From an uncultured Gemmatimonadales bacterium (GTDB lineage: Bacteria > Gemmatimonadota > Gemmatimonadetes > Gemmatimonadales > Gemmatimonadaceae), in contig OY969695.1 in NCBI GenBank assembly GCA_963701965.1, positions 2,528,001-2,592,000 on the forward strand: a DNA stretch of 64,000 bases, read 5' to 3'. The position numbers and the translations under genes were made by a program. How positions within the stretch are numbered: position 1 is the stretch's first letter; each line of letters opens with the position of its first letter. The notes beneath the pieces are model-generated. The model saw only the letters and a list, made by a program, of their open reading frames with translations, did not search any database and was not told the origin of the DNA. Below, in pieces: positions 61,926 through 64,000 of this stretch.

Positions 61926-64000
61926 TCACTCGGACACGGTCGTGAGGCAGATCTTGAAGTCGCGCTGCACGGATTCGTTGGTCATCCAGCCGCCGCGCAC
62001 GAGGGCGCGGAGAACGCGCACTTTGTCGTCGGTGGAGCTGAGCTTGGACGTAGAGCCAATGGCGGCGCGGGCGACGGTGAGGGCGCCGTCGGGATGACCG
62101 GCGGAGCGGGCCCGGGCCTCGCCGAGTACGGCGAGGAGCACGCCGGCGCGGTCCGTGTTGGAGGTCATCGTGTTGGTGGCCGCGAAGAACTCGTGGCGCA
62201 CGTCGGCGTTGGTCAGGGGGTCGAGGCCGGCGACGGTGCGGAGGACCAGGCCCTTGTCGGCGTCGGACGACATCATCGTCGCGGAGCGGAGGATCCCGGT
62301 GACCGTCGCGGCGTCGCGGGAGCCGCGGCCGAGGAGGCCGAGGAGAACGCGGCGGCGCTCGGTATCCGACGAGATGGTGTTGGTCGCGGTGAAGAACGCG
62401 CGACGCAGGGTGTCGGAGCTGCAGTAGTGTTGGGCGATCTCGAGCAGGACCGAGCGTTTGGTCGCGTCCGAGGCGATCGTGGCGACTTCGGCGGCGACAT
62501 CGGCCAGTAGTACGTCCTTTGTGGCCTTGTGGCGCGCTATTAGCTGTATACTGTCGCGATGAAGGCTCGCTAACGTGAACGTCGCCTCAACCGGGCTGAG
62601 GACGATCGTGGCGGGCTGCGGGCGCGCTACGGCGGCTTCCATCGGGTGGACCGACGCCAGGGCGAAGACCACGGTGCTGGCGGCGGCGACCGTGGTGGCG
62701 ATGCGGCGGCGACCAATGGGGTCGCGGCGCACGGCCCGATCGAGGATCGCCAGCAAGCGGCCCTCGATCTCGGTCCGGCGGGCCATCGCCAGGGCGGCGG
62801 CCGCGGGGGCGGCGGCGCCGCTCAGCGTCTGGACCAGCTCCAGCAGGTCGCCCGCGTAGCGCGACGGGCGGGCGCCGGCGCCGAGTACCAGATCGTCGCA
62901 GGCGCGTTCGCGTTCTTGGCGCATGTGGGTGGCGGCTAGCCAGGCGAGGGGGTGGTACCAGAACAGGGCGACCGCGAGTTGGCCCACGATGTGGGTCAGC
63001 ACGTCGTAGCGGTGCACATGCGCGAGCTCGTGTGTCAGCACGAGCGTCCGCCGTTCCTCATCCCACTCCGCGGCATCGGCCGGCAGGATCACCAGCGGGC
63101 GCAGGATCCCGCACGTCACCGGCACCGAGCCCGCCGCGCCGATCCGGATCGAGACCGGGCGCCGGAGGCCGAGGCCGTGCGAGATCCGCTCGGCGAGAGC
63201 CGCCCAATGCGGCTCGGCCGGGCGGGCGCGCCGGACGATCGCCCTGAGGCGCGTGATCCCCATCAGGAGGCGCGCGATGACGGCGGCGGTCCCCAGGATC
63301 TGGAACAGGATCCAGAGGCGGGACAGGAACCCGGCGAGGCGAACGGTGCCGGCGCCCGACAGCGCCAGCGGCACGTCGCCCTCTTCGCGCAGAGCTTCGC
63401 GGCCCGCGCTTCGCGCGGCCGCGGCGCGCCTTCCGACGCGCGCGGCATCCGCGTGGGCGAGCACGCGTGGTGCGTTGCTCGTGCCGCCCGGACCATCGCT
63501 CGTGGCGTTGCTCAGCGCCTTGCTCGTGCTATTGCTGGTGACGTCACTCGCAGCGTTGGTCACGGCGCCGCTGATGACGTTACTCGTGGCGTCGCCCGTG
63601 CCATAACTGGTGGCGTTGCTCACCACCTCGCTCGTGCTATTGCTCGTCGCGTTACTCGTGGCGTTGCTCATAGCGTCGCTCGCGACGTTACTCGCGGCTG
63701 CGTTACTTGCAGCTGCGTTACTTGCAGCTGCGTTACTTGCAGCTGCGTTGCTTGCAGCTGCGTTACTTGCAACTGCGTTGCTTGCAACTGCGTTGCTTGC
63801 AACTGCGTTGCTTGCAGCTGCGTTACTTGCAGTCGCGTTACTTGCAACTGCGTTGCTTGCAACTGCGTTACTTGCAGCTGCGTTACTTGCAGCCGCGTTA
63901 CTTGCAGCCGCGTTACTTGCAGCCGCGTTGCTTGCAGCCGCGTTGCTTGCAGCCGCGTTGCTTGCAGCCGCGTTGCTTGCAGCCGCGTTGCTTGCAGCCG
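61926..64000 (-). CDS. M56 (BlaR1-like) metallopeptidase with long repeat linker; 5' end off window
   Basis: RPLVILP, LTHELAHV.R.D, WYHPLAW, ERERACDD.V; frame stays open through the repeat to the window edge. Confidence 0.92.
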   Translation of the reverse strand, partial: AASNAAASNAAASNAAASNAAASNAAASNAAASNAAASNAAASNAVASNAVASNATASNAAASNAVASNAVASNAVASNAAASNAAASNAAASNAAASNAAASNVASDAMSNATSNATSNSTSEVVSNATSYGTGDATSNVISGAVTNAASDVTSNSTSKALSNATSDGPGGTSNAPRVLAHADAARVGRRAAAARSAGREALREEGDVPLALSGAGTVRLAGFLSRLWILFQILGTAAVIARLLMGITRLRAIVRRARPAEPHWAALAERISHGLGLRRPVSIRIGAAGSVPVTCGILRPLVILPADAAEWDEERRTLVLTHELAHVHRYDVLTHIVGQLAVALFWYHPLAWLAATHMRQERERACDDLVLGAGARPSRYAGDLLELVQTLSGAAAPAAAALAMARRTEIEGRLLAILDRAVRRDPIGRRRIATTVAAASTVVFALASVHPMEAAVARPQPATIVLSPVEATFTLASLHRDSIQLIARHKATKDVLLADVAAEVATIASDATKRSVLLEIAQHYCSSDTLRRAFFTATNTISSDTERRRVLLGLLGRGSRDAATVTGILRSATMMSSDADKGLVLRTVAGLDPLTNADVRHEFFAATNTMTSNTDRAGVLLAVLGEARARSAGHPDGALTVARAAIGSTSKLSSTDDKVRVLRALVRGGWMTNESVQRDFKICLTTVSE
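63697..64000. repeat. 15-bp tandem repeat (about 20 copies, continues off window) encoding ASNAA
   Basis: GCTGCGTTACTTGCA units with few variants; degenerate SNAT units at about 63470-63690. Confidence 0.95.

Overview
GC-rich bacterial chromosomal window. Gene content and style suggest Gemmatimonadota, but this is inference, not proof. It is mostly housekeeping: a divergent arginine cluster (argCBD-argA / argRGH), a complete his operon, ispG, murB, an ATP-dependent DNA ligase, a cold-shock protein, several peptidases (M28, M16 pair, M13, M56), a TonB-dependent receptor and beta-barrel genes. Six genes are split by single-base frameshifts; five share a GATG>GAATG context and are probably basecalling errors. 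No CRISPR array, transposase, integrase or rRNA was seen. The standout is a non-coding module of about 470 bp at 31167-31631 (minus strand). It holds a tRNA with a leucine-type body but an alanine anticodon (CGC) and no G3:U70, so it is predicted to put Leu at GCG codons. The tRNA lies in a predicted precursor whose leader is antisense to the tRNA itself. It is flanked by two small RNAs, each with its own predicted promoter and terminator, whose 5' ends are complementary to the anticodon arm. A Ro60/TROVE gene remnant lies next to it. My hypothesis is an RNA-only toxin-antitoxin or controlled-mistranslation system. Other notable signals: matching leader-peptide attenuators on the his and arg operons, a 63-bp palindromic element inserted in frame into hisH and also found intergenically, a degenerate [FeFe]-hydrogenase-like domain protein divergent from a Crp/Fnr gene, and candidate Rex, sigma54 and Fic operator sites. 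All family assignments are by eye from motifs; no searches were run.
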